Part shown: one piece after another, positions 11,959 to 24,668 of the stretch | Numbering within the stretch: position 1 is the stretch's first letter | How the letters are laid out: every line of letters starts with the position of its first letter | NCBI GenBank assembly: GCA_049724395.1 | Contig: JAUGWO010000098.1 | Coordinates: forward strand, 1-62,717 | Direction: 5' to 3' | From: Spongospora subterranea f. sp. subterranea | Taxonomy: Eukaryota | DNA: 62,717 bases | Program-made: the position numbers and the translations under genes | Notes under the pieces: model-generated | The model's input: the letters and a program-made list of their open reading frames with translations, nothing else | The model's database searches: none | Told to the model about the DNA's origin: nothing

Positions 11959-12924
11959 ACATAGATTTGAGTCTCAAAAGATGAAATTGGAAGTGTCGCT
12001 GTTGGTTCGATTAGAGACAGATTTCGAGACAGCACTGTGGGCACATCCAGCAAAAATGAATCGAATCCTGAACAAAGCAAGACGAAGAGAATGAGGAAAC
12101 CTCTATAAACAATCAGCTGGTTTGCGATGAAGGCGACATGTCCTGCAGCAATGGTGTTCCGTAAGGAATTCCCTCTGTGTCCCAATGGGTTTCGGGGCAT
12201 AGGGTCAGATAATACCTGAGGAAAGGTTGACATTTTAGGACGGCGAAGCTTGGGTGACTAAACCGTATCCAATGGAGATGACGGGTCAGAGTCATGAGAA
12301 AGTATTGTGGCGTCGGCGATGTGTTATTGAAATCATACCTTGCCCGTTGCCCTCAAGGTGAAATATGCCACCCGATAGCCTCGCTCGCTGTCGTCAATTT
12401 AGAACATTCGCTTCTATTGTGATTCTTGGCAGGAAATATAACATCTCACAACCCTTATTTCATAACCCATTATGATTATTCCAACAAATCGGTTCAATCC
12501 CATGTCGGCAAGTCGATTCATCGTGATGCGTTTTCCCGTTTTATTCAGTAATTGGGTTTTGTGTCAAACATTTTACGCTTTTCCAGGTACACGATTGCCC
12601 ACCCGAAGATGAGTTGGTTGTTCTCTAACGGGGTGGGATCTATTGTCATCCCTTCCACAGCAATCGTATCCGATGGTAGCCGGCTACATCCATTCAATCG
12701 ACTCAACAATGAAATCAATCGCCATCAATCGAGCGTAAGTTGCCTACCTAGTCCATAGCGGAGGGAGGTGTTGAATCCACATATGTATCTCGACCAATGT
12801 TGGCCAGAGTCCAACGAGTTATACCGAGAAAAGTTAATATGAATACAACAGAATAATCTTGTGAAACTACCCTCATAAGCCCATCAGGTTTATTTGTTTG
12901 AGTTCATCTACCATTTTTGTTGTA

Positions 12925-14040
12925 TCATTTGAGGGCCCAACCTTGCGATGACCGAGAACCATATTGACAGATATCAGATTCCCTTGTGTCTGTTCCAGGA
13001 CAGCAATTGCTACTGAACGAGGTGTAGAATACTGATTCTCCCCATCTCCGAATAAATTCCTCAGCACTTCCAGCGCAATGACGACGAAAACAATTGTAAA
13101 TAGGACGGGATGTTCTGATAAAAGTGGTTAAATCCGGATGAGGCGATCTCTGTGATGCTGTCTTCGCAATCACGAACTGATCATACTGTTCGAAAATTCC
13201 GGAAAGCGCTGTGAGGAGGTCTCGGGTTGATTTATAGCGAAGCTTAAGTCTTGCTGGAATATCAAATGGTCGGTTGATCGATCCGCATTCACTGGACTCC
13301 AAGCCGTGACATTTCCGCAGGCCGAATTTCGAATGTGAAAATTGAGGGCCCCATCTTCGAATCCACTCATTTGTATTGTGGCCACAGTGATAAACAAAGC
13401 ACCCCCAGATGGGTTTCGGAGACTCGTGATAATATGTTCGGTAAGGCCTCCGACTCATGGCGCCACACGATAGGTATTTCTCGGTAACTTTCCAGCACAG
13501 ATTGAGTTTTTTTTCTGCGGTTTTTGACATTGAAACAGCAGCAACAAGAGCTTTGAGATCCAAGAAATCAGAGTCTTTGTCTCTGAAGCACGAATGTTCA
13601 TCAGTTTTTCTATCAAAAAAGGCGAATGAAAACCTGTTGTTAGGGTTTCTGACGATTTTCGTCCTCTGGTAACCGCAGGTGTTATAATTTGATCCAGGAC
13701 CGGGGCAGCATTTGAATCCAAAATAACGGTGCTTGAAACGCGTTCCCCAACGTGTCTGGAACAGGTCCATGTCTTTGCCACAACATTTCACAAGACATTG
13801 AAGGACGGGGATACAGATGTGTTTTAGACAATGAATCACCTTATGACAAATATTGCGGAGTGATCTTCTGCAAGAGACCAGTTTCAAAACAAAATTCGAA
13901 ATTCGGATCAGTTTTTGCATGGTGCTGGTTGCCTTGGCAATTAGCCTAGTATCAAGAGCATCGATGTTGTTTTGTCCGACCTCAGCGTTATCCCGCTCCG
14001 ACTCTCCGCGCAGCAGTAGCCCCATCATGTGTTCCGTCAT
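12925..14040 (-). CDS. Uncharacterised 371-aa protein with three Cys/His-rich RWG repeats
   Basis: Open uninterrupted ORF; repeats PVLQCLVKCCGKD...RWGTRFKH..F..KCCPG, PIWGCFVYHCGHN...RWGPQFSH..F..KCHG, PIYNCFRRHCAGS...RWGESVFY..F..NCCPG. Confidence 0.65.
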   Translation of the reverse strand: MTEHMMGLLLRGESERDNAEVGQNNIDALDTRLIAKATSTMQKLIRISNFVLKLVSCRRSLRNICHKVIHCLKHICIPVLQCLVKCCGKDMDLFQTRWGTRFKHRYFGFKCCPGPGSNYNTCGYQRTKIVRNPNNRFSFAFFDRKTDEHSCFRDKDSDFLDLKALVAAVSMSKTAEKKLNLCWKVTEKYLSCGAMSRRPYRTYYHESPKPIWGCFVYHCGHNTNEWIRRWGPQFSHSKFGLRKCHGLESSECGSINRPFDIPARLKLRYKSTRDLLTALSGIFEQYDQFVIAKTASQRSPHPDLTTFIRTSRPIYNCFRRHCAGSAEEFIRRWGESVFYTSFSSNCCPGTDTRESDICQYGSRSSQGWALK

Positions 14041-14344
14041 GGCGACACTGTTGGGAAACTCGACCTGTTCTGAGTTCGTCTCCTTTCCCTGAGCAGACGA
14101 TACCGTTTTTTAATCATCAAATCCTAGACAGAGCGGGGAACCAGAGTTCTGACCAGAAATAAACAGAGGCTAGCATAGTCTTTGACCTCATCCAGGTCCC
14201 AGTTTAGGCGCCGACAGAGCAATCTCAATCCCAACAAGTACTTGCAATTACGAAAATCAACCATTTTGTGATTCTGCGCCGCAAATCCTTCCTAGTACGC
14301 CATAATCAGATATTGGTAATCACGATTCTCGGCAATCTCTTACT

Positions 14345-15120
14345 GGCACGAAATTCTCACGAACGTCAACAGGCTGGGTTTTCGAATTAATCGTATTTTC
14401 GATGCGACAATCGAAAGTTTTGCCCGCTACGCTCTCAATTGACTGTCGATCATCAATACTGATACGGGATACATCACGGTTTGAACTCGTGCTCAGGGTC
14501 CAATCCTAACACGAACTAATTAGCAAACCCAAAAACAATTTGAACATGGACTGAACGGCTAAGTTTCTGGAAAAACTGTCACCAAATCGGTGGGCGTTTC
14601 TGTTAGAGGGCACGAAATTCTCGAGCAAGTCTTTTGACGGCAAAATTTCCGAATCAATAGGAATTCGATTTAGATCGATAAGGCAATCGAAGCTTTCGCG
14701 CTGTTGGCTCAACTGTTGAGAATCGATACTCATATGGGACGCGTCAATTTTCGAACCCGGGCTCGAGTGCCATTCCTAAAAACTCATTTAACAAGCCGAA
14801 TCTCTATATGAACATGAACTAAACGACTAGATTCATCGAAGAACAGTCACCAAACTGGTGGGGGTTTGGCACGAGAATCTCGAGAATGTGTTTTGAAGGC
14901 AAAATTTCCGAATCAACAGGAACTCGATTTAGATCGATAAGGCAATCGAAGTTCTCGCGCTGTTGGCTCAACTGTTGACAATCGATACTGATATGGGACG
15001 CGTCAATTTTCGAACCCGGGCCCGAGCGCCATTCCTAAAAACGCACTTTAACAAGCCGAGTCTCTATATGAAGATGAACTGAACGACTAGACTCATCGAA
15101 GAACTTTCACCAAACTGGTC
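14345..15120. repeat. Tandem array of three ~250-270-bp units
   Basis: Units begin GGCACGA.A.TCTC (~14345, ~14609, ~14867) and end TCACCAAA; units 2 and 3 are highly similar, unit 1 is diverged. Confidence 0.85.
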
Positions 15121-16409
15121 GACACGATTGATATTGGAAAAACCACACGCCAACAAGGAATTGCCTTTCAGCAAATTTGACTTCAATGTTGAACATTTGA
15201 ATACTGGATAGTGTACACCTGGGGTCTTGTCATTTGCCAACTCCTGCGATGGAGACATGGTGTCCTGCAAGACAAATGCTCTCAGAACTTGGCAATCTTT
15301 AAAGCGACATTCCGCCATTTATACCGAGAACGTCGAGGAGGCGATTGTTGTGGAGGCATTGGCCTGACCGGAGCCAAGCGGTTCGTTCCAACCATGCCCA
15401 GGTTTGGTTGTCACAGATCGAGTCGGTCTGGTCACCACAAGCAGCAATCCCAACAAGCTGAGGACCCGCATTGAAGGAATGGATGGCGCAAAAGTAGCGC
15501 CGTTCGCCAAGTGTCAAGGATGAGTTCAGAGTCAAGCATGAGACAAACGGTTCTAGGTGTTATACACCTGGGTTCATATACCCGATTCTCCTGTCCCACC
15601 TATTCAACTTTGCTGCTGTGATTTAGTTCTGCATCTGATGAGGTGCGAATTCACCCACAATCGATTCGTATTCGCGTTTTGCGGGGTGAAGGTCGTGGGC
15701 ATCGTTAGGGGCAATGTGGCGGTCGAGGCAACGACCCGAACCTGGAGCGCCATTTTTGCACGATTATTCCTCCACTGAGTCCAGATCGCTCTCGAATCCA
15801 ACAACACGAACAAGGCGTCGTGATTCCAATTGCTTTCCGGTTACCATGTCCCCATCGACGCCGTTTTTGATGTCCAAAACGATTGAGGTCAAGCGTTGTT
15901 CATGCTCAGGTTCCAGGAGTTCACGCCGAGACATGTACTGCTACTCTTGCTGAACCGTCAACATCATCTACCGCAAGGATCACACGAAATATTCAACAGA
16001 TGTTTTCAAAAAATTCGGTATTGCGAATTCGATGCAGTTTTGTGCTGATTGGACAGACGTGACCTGAAGAAAATGATAACTGTCATCAACCTGCTTCTAT
16101 TTTGTAGAGTACCTGTTGGTTGCAGTGTTGGGCAGTTCGGACACGGTTATCTTCAATATAGATCCAGTACTTTTCATAATCGAATGCGGACGAGCAGTTC
16201 GAACATAAATGATTCGTTAGAATCGGCATCACAGCAGCAAATTCTCAAAGTGCACTTTTTGCCTCCTCAGAAAAACCAGGTATGAACTGTCACCCTTGGT
16301 CGTCTCTTGCCCTTTGTGTTATTGTAAAAAGAACCCAAACATGCGCTAGTGCTTACTGCTACGGTTTCTGAGAGAAAACGTGGACGAAAACGGGGTATTA
16401 TCTGGCCTC

Positions 16410-16548
16410 TCATCTTCGATTGACGTATTCACAGTAACTGTCGACTCACAGCAGGACGTCATGACGGTAGCGCCAACGGCGGCAGCACTGATCAACTTTG
16501 AGGCACAAGTCGAGCATGGAGCACGTGAAACAAGGGCGTCGATTGCCC
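16410..16548 (+). repeat. Dispersed repeat, paralogous to 11824-11958
   Basis: Direct sequence similarity as described for 11824-11958. Confidence 0.85.
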
Positions 16549-17252
16549 AACAGCACAACGTTGTTCAGGACGCCCACACTGCAGCTGAACCACAGCAGCA
16601 ATGCGCACGAGAATTATGGTGAAGGCGTCGAACGAAGATGAAGGCCAGATAAAAAGCTGTCTGTCAAGTCCTCGTCGGTCGACTCTAATCGCTGGCAGTT
16701 TGGACGGATTGGCGCGAATTGTGGCGATTATCTGATCAGAGATGGAAATATACGATTAGATTGGATTGATCAACGACAATGTTGTAGGTGAGCCGCATCA
16801 TTGCTAATGGTGAGCGCCACTGTTATTGACAACTTGAAGGCCATAAGGGTTCACACTGATGGAGGAAGAATGTCAAATAGCACATGATCGCGTGGTCTGT
16901 TGGAAACCGGTTGCTGAAAGACGGAGAGAGTGTTCCGTCGTTGACAATGCAGGCTGATCTGCAGTCGAAAATCATCGATAACAAATCTAGCAAAAATACG
17001 CAGACAATCTTTGCGTACAAAAACTGACCAAAACGCGGGATCATAATGACCCATCAATGCCTGGCGCCATCGCTTGTTCCCTGGTCCGTCAGTCACAGTC
17101 AGTCACACAGCTCAGTCATGTTCGTTGAGTTTGCACTGTGGAATAATGCGGCGCACCGCGTACTGTTGCGCACATTACTGTATGGGCTGCACGGCGCGTT
17201 TCTCCGATTCCTACCGTGTACTGTAACCTGACGACTGACGCAGTACTGACGC

Positions 17253-17830
17253 ATGGCGTTTTGGCGGGAAGCTTGGTCGATCTCACAACAATTGGCAATA
17301 CTGCAACTGGTGGTTTGGCGAAAACGCAACCGTACAATTCGCCAACTTCTCAGCTGGTACTGCTGGAGGTATCTGATCAAGCAGTCATACCTTCATTCTA
17401 AAAGGGTCAGACTGGGTTGAGGAACTTTTGAAGGGCAATCCTCACAGAAGGGAACATGTTATTCGTATGGATCGTGTCGTTTTTCGTTATTGGTGGACAA
17501 ACTGGTTGAATCTGGGCTAGTACAACCCATTCGTAATGCATCCTCCGAAGAGCAGGCAGTCCTGTTCTTGTATTCCTAGGCATTTATACGCGGTCGTCAA
17601 CGCATTGTTGGCTTTGACTTCAAGTTACATAAAGCTTTCGGAAGCAGATGCCGCAATTCCTTGTGAAATATTTGAAAATTCCAAATTCAGCCCTTGTTTT
17701 GACAATTGTCGGATGGCCATAGATGGCACAGTACTCATTTACCTGTATTTGTTCCCGCCGATGTTACGCAACGGTTCCGAGGCCGAAAAGGATTAAAGTA
17801 GAATGTGTTGGCTGCTTGCACTTTTTATGG
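17253..17830 (+). mobile_element. PIF/Harbinger (DDE_Tnp_4, HARBI1-like) transposase remnant
   Basis: GSDWVEELLKG...RMDRVVF, FSPCFDNCRMAIDGT, RFRGRKG, NVLAACTF across frames. Confidence 0.88.
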
Positions 17831-19196
17831 CCGGGTTACCTGTTCTGAGGTCTGCTCGCGGATGCAGAGCAGTATCCCTTTGATAACAAACTGTAGATAT
17901 TGTGACGGCGAAGACGACGCAGCGTCAGCACAACCAAGATATAGATTATCATATTCCAGCATTGCATCGACATTGGCCTGGAATCGGGCGTCAAACAGGA
18001 TTGTTGGCGTCGTCTGCTCGAGCACATTATTCATATACGTTATGGTGGCAGCGAACGCGGCGCCAATCAGCCGAGTCAGTTGCATCTGATTAGACATTAG
18101 TTTATTGTCGCCGTCAGTTTCGTGCTAAATAGCTTTGGTACTCCTGGACACATTGTTTCAGCAATTTTGTCCCGAAATGCTCAAGTACCTACTTCAAAAA
18201 GACTCCTTGTCGCTTTTGACTCTAAGCGGATTGCCGATGATGTCATTTGGTCAACTGTTGATTCCATTGCCGAAGACCAGTCCGACTACATTAATAAGGA
18301 ACTCGTGGAACCCGGTCCGGATGGCTTGCCTATTCACTTCATCTCTCTCCTGGAAGCACAGCCTAGAAAACGCCTTCTGATCAGCTGTGGATCGCTTCTA
18401 CGTCTTTCCGAATTTGTCTGATCGTCATCGCTCATATATGGGACGAATGGACCACCTCACTTCAGAGAACACCGCCAAGACCAATACAGTCCCGGTTTTG
18501 GTGGCCGGCTATGATGGGGATATTCACGATTTTTTCAGTCGTGCCTCAACCGTATGGTTCAGCGATGCATTCGTCTAAACCTAACGTTGTTTTTCGCATT
18601 ATGATATCCTCTACATCTCTAAACCAAACACTAACAACCACATCGATTCTCGTACGTAATGCAAAACAATTAGGTTTAGACGCATTTGCACATTGCTGAC
18701 CATACGGTCGAACGTCAATCCTTTCGGCCTCGGAACCGTTGCACAAAACAAATACGGGTAAATGAGTACCATCTATGGCCATCCGAAATTTGTCAAAGTA
18801 AGGGTTGAATTTTTGGAATTTTCAGATGTTTCACAAGGAATTGCGGCATCTGCTTCCGGAAGCTGTATGTAACTTGAAGCCAAAGCCATGACGACCGCGT
18901 ATAAATGCCTAGAATGAAAAAATGAAATGGTGTTTAGAAGACTTACGCCAAATTTTACCTGGTTATAGTCTCTCCCGAGTGTTGAAATCTCTCCTGCCGT
19001 TGCCAACTGGTTGCCCTTTGGCCCTTAAAATACAAGAACAGGACTACCTGGTCGTCAGAGGATATATTACGAGTGGGCTGTAGTAGCCCAGATTCAACCA
19101 GTTTGTCCACCAATAACCGAGAAACGACACGATCCATATTCTGACGTTTAAAAGTTCCTCAACCCAGCCTGACCCTTTTAGAATGAAGGTATGACT

Positions 19197-20100
19197 TGTC
19201 ATGATCCAAAGTCTTAGGTATATAAGCACCCGAGAATGATGGCCTTGTTCCATCATAGTACCTTTTGGGACTGTTTGCGCCCGAGATACACAGTTTCCAA
19301 CTGACCCAAAAGGTACTATGACAAAAGGGCATCATTCTCGGGTCCTTATACAGTATACCTGTGGAGGGAGGTTATGGGCCGCGATTGAATGGCCAGGTTC
19401 GCCACAATAAATACATAATCCTTCGCGACGGCGTCGAGTTTTCTCCTCCACCGTCAGAGCAGCGCGAGGAGTGTAATGGCGTTCAATGATATGTTTGCCT
19501 CGGTTGGCGTTTCGAACGGGTTAATGGCGTCGATTACCATGGACACCGGTCGTTGTGAACCTGGAGGGGAACGGAACAGCTTAGATGGTAATCGACGCCA
19601 TTAACCCGTTCGAAACGCCAACCGAGGCAAACATATCATTGAACGCCATTAGCACTCCTCGCGCTGCTCTGACGGTGGAGGAGAAAACTCGACGCCGTCG
19701 CGAAGGATTATGTATTTATTGTGGCGAACCTCGCCATTCAATCGCGTGCTCACCAGTCAGAGGATAATCTAGGAAGTCGCACGGGGGCTGGAAGGTCATG
19801 GGGGTCGCTCCTAAACAGGGGGATACTGGGGTTGCCTTATATACCTTTCGTGGGCTGACTTCCCCGCCTGACTGGAGTTCTTCGCCTCTCTCTCTCGCGT
19901 CACCGCTCCCTCTCTCTCAACTGTGTTATCTCGTTTCTATGCTCACCAGTCAGAGGATAATCTAGGAAGTCGCACGGGGGCTGGAGGTCATGGTGGTCTA
20001 CTCCTAAACAGGGGGATACTGTCATGATCCAAAAGTCTTACCCGAGAATGATGGCCTTGTGCCATCATTGTACCTTTTGGGTCAGTTGGTAACTGTGTAT
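19197..20100 (+). mobile_element. Internally deleted and rearranged Ty3/gypsy remnant with LTR-like ends
   Basis: TGTCATGATCCAAA...CCCGAGAATGATGGCCTTGT at 19197 and 20020; PPT-like AAACAGGGGGATAC before 20020 (duplicated at 19813); gag knuckle EEKTRRRREGLCIYCGEPRHSIAC. Confidence 0.75.
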
Positions 20101-20214
20101 CTTGATCAGATACCTCCTGCAGTGCCAGCTGAGGAGAAGTTGGCGAATTTCACTGTTGCGTTTTAGCCGGGCGACCACTGGCCGTAGTGCCAATAGCGCT
20201 GTCAAGTCGATACT

Positions 20215-20400
20215 TCGACTCGGAGTCGATTCAGAACAATCCCAAACGACTCGGAGTCGACTCAGCAGAATGTTTGAGTACGCAGCATTTGAGTTGAGTT
20301 GAGTCGAGTTTGAGCTGAGTTGAGCCGAGTTTGAGTTGAGTCGAGTCGAGTTTGAGTTGAGTCGAGCCAAGTCGACTCCGATTTGCGATGAGTCGACTCA
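20215..20400. repeat. Pentamer-based repeat (GAGTT/GAGTC/GAGCT) with GAGTCGACTC palindromes
   Basis: TTGAGTTGAGTTGAGTCGAGTTTGAGCTGAGTTGAGCCGAG... seen directly; probably Harbinger subterminal repeats. Confidence 0.85.
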
Positions 20401-20843
20401 GTGGACAGTGGCCAATACGAATGCGCCTTATTTGAACATTTTATCTAAGAAGTTTGAGCCAGGATTGCAATTCACATATTGGTGTGACACAATCATCTCG
20501 TGGAGTCGACCCGAACCAACCCCGGTCGACTACTTTCCTTGTTTCATTGGATATTTTTGATTGCTGGACGTAAGATGGCCAAATTGTGGGATCTAGATCA
20601 AATACAGCGAAAAGATGTGAAACTCGAGAGAAATTGTAGTCTCCGCATCTTCGTCCAGCTTGGTTAGCGCCAGAAACTGTTCACGTCATTGTTTTGCGAC
20701 GTTGTCACCCTTGCCCGGTATTACTTTCTGCACTAGGAATTTGTCCTAACAGACGTGTATTCTGGTGCGTGATCATAATGGCATACTTGTTGAAATCGAT
20801 AGTCGAAGTCCGATGTAGGTTTATCGAAAGATTTTTCGCAAAA

Positions 20844-23573
20844 TTATCTTGCAGTAAAACATGAAATGGTGCCGTCGTAAGCTCCGGGAAACCAGCAAAG
20901 GTTTCGTTGGAGAATATGATATAGTGGAGACAGTATCGCGATGACCCCTGAAACGCTCTAACCATCGCCCACTCCCAATGTCATATATATACGTCTGATT
21001 GTCTTCGGAGCCCGCTGCGATGTATCGCAGACAAGGGCTCACTGCGACTCCGATTTGTTTTTGCCGATTCACATGACCAGCATACCTGTTATTTTCGGTT
21101 AGCATAGACACCATTCATTCAAGTATCTACCTTCTGACAGCGCCTCGGACCCGAACGTCCCATAACTTGATAATGCCATCGGGGGCAGCCGAACAGAACA
21201 TATTCGTCATCGTTGACGAGGTATTGCTTGAACCTTCAGCCATGCAGATTGTATGCACTGGGCGCCCATGAGCATTGCTGATGTTGTTGAGCAGTGTTCC
21301 CCCAGTTGCCATATCAATAACTGCATCAGACCCAGTTATATACGACACGATCAACCTGATCTAGCGACACATTAAATACCGAGAAGCTCCCGATTTCTTG
21401 TGGCCCCGATAATGATGTGGGAATCCGAGCAATTCCTCGCTGCCATACATGTTATCATTCCATTTGAGTCGGCGTTATGCTGAAAGACAGCAACTCGGCT
21501 GAATCGATAATCCTGATAAGGCCTGCTTAAGTCGTAGTTCGCCGTCCCAATACGGAACTTATAGAGCCCGATTTCGTTGCGACAGCAAAGCGATAGAAGC
21601 TGATCAGCATGGAAAAACCTAGCTTCATTGATCTCGGAGGGGAAGCATTTGTTTCCCGTTGTCACTTTGCCAGGCAAATTGTGAAACACATGCGTGACAA
21701 GGCATACGGGATCGAGCCGAGGCAATGAATATATGGCCACCGTCTATCAAGAATAAACACCAAGAGACGAACAAGAGTCTAGCAGCCCATACGTGGTCAG
21801 CGGATGCAGTTGCGATCATGGTAGAATCGGAATTCCAATGGCAGGTTTTCACTCCACTAGTATGTCCAGTCAAAATCTGGCTCGTAGGGGTCTTGAGACG
21901 ATGAACACGCGTGCATCCATCGGTCGAGCAAGTCAAAAACTGTTGACCGTTCCCAGAAAACGCCGAATAGTTAACTGGACCTTTATGCTGAGATTCGCGA
22001 GGACTCGGGAGCCTCTGCAAATTAGCATCATCAAAGGAACACCCATCACAGTAGCGGTTTACCTGAGGTCGACATATTATCCCGCAGTCGACCGGATAGC
22101 TGCACAAGTGTTAATGAAATATCATGGCGAGCACGTTAACTAACTTTCGCCCAGGAACATTTCGAGCGTGTTGTTGCTCAGATTTTATGCTGCGCTTAAC
22201 CTTATTTGTGAAAGGCTTCGTGAACATTTTCCGTCTCGGTTGCTCAATTTGCCCGTAACCAGATGATTTCACTCTCGAGTGAAAAAGAATAGGGCGGTCC
22301 AACGGTTTGTGCTTGCCGATGCGTTTTGCTTCTGAAATTTTAGGAATGTCAGATACAATCGAAAAAAAAATGTCTACAGACAACGTGTACTTGATGTGAA
22401 TGTTAGGTTGGTCAAAGGAGAATCCTCTGGTATGGCTGCTGAAGACATAATTTTGATATTTGTGTTGAGCGAATCCAAAGCCTGACAGACGTCAAGAGTA
22501 AGAGCCGACACTGTCCCAGAAAAGGCTGCCGAAACAATGAAAACGACTTCCGGCCATGAAACAAAGACAGCGCACGTGTCAGGAACACTGATTTCATATC
22601 GAGCAATGGTGTCAAAATTCTCAGCGTTGATTAGGCACGCGGAGGTGGAAGTTACAACAGCAATGGCTGATACAGTCTCAGAAATGTGGAGCCAGATCAT
22701 GTTTATCAAAGTCATCGACATTATCAATGAGTCGTCTTCGTCAGGATCTAAACAGCGCAGATGAACAACAGAAAAAACGTTCCCGCGACTAACAGACCAT
22801 ATCGGGATTGTTCAGCCTCATCGTTGATTTGCCAAAAGAGGTTCAGCCGACCAATAAATCGAGATTCTAACGAAGAAACAGCATCGAAAAGGTAAATGTG
22901 ACCATCAACGGAAGCAATAGCAAAACGCGAGCCCTCCCAGTCTGTTGCAATCGAAGCCATTGGAGAAGCGCAAAATATCGAAGATTGATACGACAAAGAT
23001 GTGTACCCTTCACCCGACCAAATACAAAAGGACCCATCTTCTCCTATTGTAATAAAGTTCTCTCTCGTGAAAGCCGATGCCGCACACCTTCGATGATTCA
23101 GAACTGAGGTCAGAAGTCCACGACGGGTGTCGAAAAGCAAAGCGGCTGTTCCTTCATCAACAATGGCTACCAATGTACCAGATGGCGAGAATTTGGCGTC
23201 ACAAACTGAAGATGATATTGTAATCGGAAGTAGCCGGCCGTTCCTAACCTCGAAGTCAATTCAAAATTTCAAAACTTGGCATTGTGTACCATCGAGTGCT
23301 CGATGTGCCTGAGCCCATTAATTTCAAATCCCAGAAGACAATGGCGTCGCTAGAACACGAACAGGCGACCAAACCCAGAGATGAAATAGACGTCGCCGTG
23401 ATCGCGGTACTGTGATCCCCAGTTCCTTGCGTGGGAGCATCGGGTTCCAGAACGTTCAGGATCATGACAGACCCTAACCCTCGCCCTGATCCGATCGCCC
23501 ACACCCCATCTGTTGATATGCTCGACAGGATGTAAGGATAATTCCACTTCCATTTCCAGAATGCGATGTCCAT
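20844..23573 (-). CDS. WDR27: WD40-repeat protein 27 ortholog (multi-exon)
   Basis: PILFHSRVKSSGY motif, WD repeats (GHTSGVKTCHWN, IKLWDVR), C-terminal GHVNR..IGVAVSPCLRYIAAGSED..YIYD and GHRDTVSTISYSP, all characteristic of WDR27; apparent +1 indel at 20886-20888. Confidence 0.82.
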
Positions 23574-24668
23574 CAGTAGTTAATCATTCATCCCCTCTGA
23601 TGCTGTACAGGTTAACGAAACCCAGACTGGACCGTGGAGGCACCGCCTCACTCGTCAAAGACACACACACACCACCCACCCGACGAACTGGGTTGGTACC
23701 GATCACTGACCACAATTTTGTGCCTTGTTTCCTCTTTTTGGTCGAGGAGTAGGTTTCTGGTGGAAAATCCAGTTATTCCACAATAAGATTACCCATGGAG
23801 GAGGCAATGGAACAAGATAGTAAACCGGAGACAAGGAGCCGAATTGAATTGAAAGACACCCCACGACAGCCACCGTTTGAAAGCATCACACGTGGGGGAA
23901 ACCGGGTCCTCCACTCTCTTTGGTGTGGTGTGAGCGATGGAATTCGACAAAAGCCTCCCTAAAACTCGGGGTAGCCGACAAGATTGGAGTTGCTGAAATT
24001 TCCCATTTGACGATCGGAAACATCGTAGGCTTTCCAAACCACCAAGTATGGCAAACGGCATTTAAGCTACATGTACCCTTCCCTGAGAATTGAAGGAGCA
24101 CAATGGATATGACAACATGACCGCTGCTCTAAGTTTGACACCTGTTGCTTATAAGCCATTTGCCTAATATTTGAATGATAAACAAGCAATCGTTGACGTC
24201 GTAGCCACCGATCTAGGTTCGGCAATTCCTCACACACAGGAATGAGTGTAACATTACGTCGGCATAGGGTGATGATTTCCGATAAATACCAATGTAAAAC
24301 GTGCAATTCTGATAAAACAGGAAGAAGTAGTCTTTTCTGTTTGAACGGCAAAAATCAAGTCGCTTTATTGTGGTACCATTGTTTGTTGTTCTCGACCAAG
24401 TAAAAGCATTCAGGCATTCGACGGCACTTGCGGATATCGAAGTCCAATTCACAGCGATCGCTGATCCTGGCAGCCAATCTCGCTCCGATGGGCTCACAAA
24501 GGTGAAGTCCGGTCTACAGCCAGTTGGCCCTGAGTGTCACGAGTCAAGACTCAAGACCCAACCCCCAAGGCCCAAACACTATTGGTGCTTGGCGACACCC
24601 GACTTTCTCTTTTTGGGGTCGGAGGCCACCCGGGATTTACCTACGATACCATATGTTTTCACACAGTG

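Larger units (their letters stand above)
18710..20427 (-). mobile_element. Second PIF/Harbinger copy (inverted relative to the first), with its terminus at 20427; interrupted by an LTR-element remnant
   Basis: MDRVVSRLLVDKL, QERFQHSGETITR, MAIDGTHLPV; N-terminus resumes at 20101-20215; GAGTT/GAGTC subterminal repeats; end ...GAATGCGCC followed by TTA (Harbinger-type TIR start GG and TWA target). Confidence 0.82.

Noticed and set aside
20215..20400. CRISPR-like or coding (NSTQL) repeat
   Set aside because: No unique spacers; pentamer-based simple repeat next to a Harbinger terminus; the ORF is a by-product
23760..24500. Possible gene between WDR27 and ArfGAP
   Set aside because: Splice-like signals present but no coherent ORF or homology
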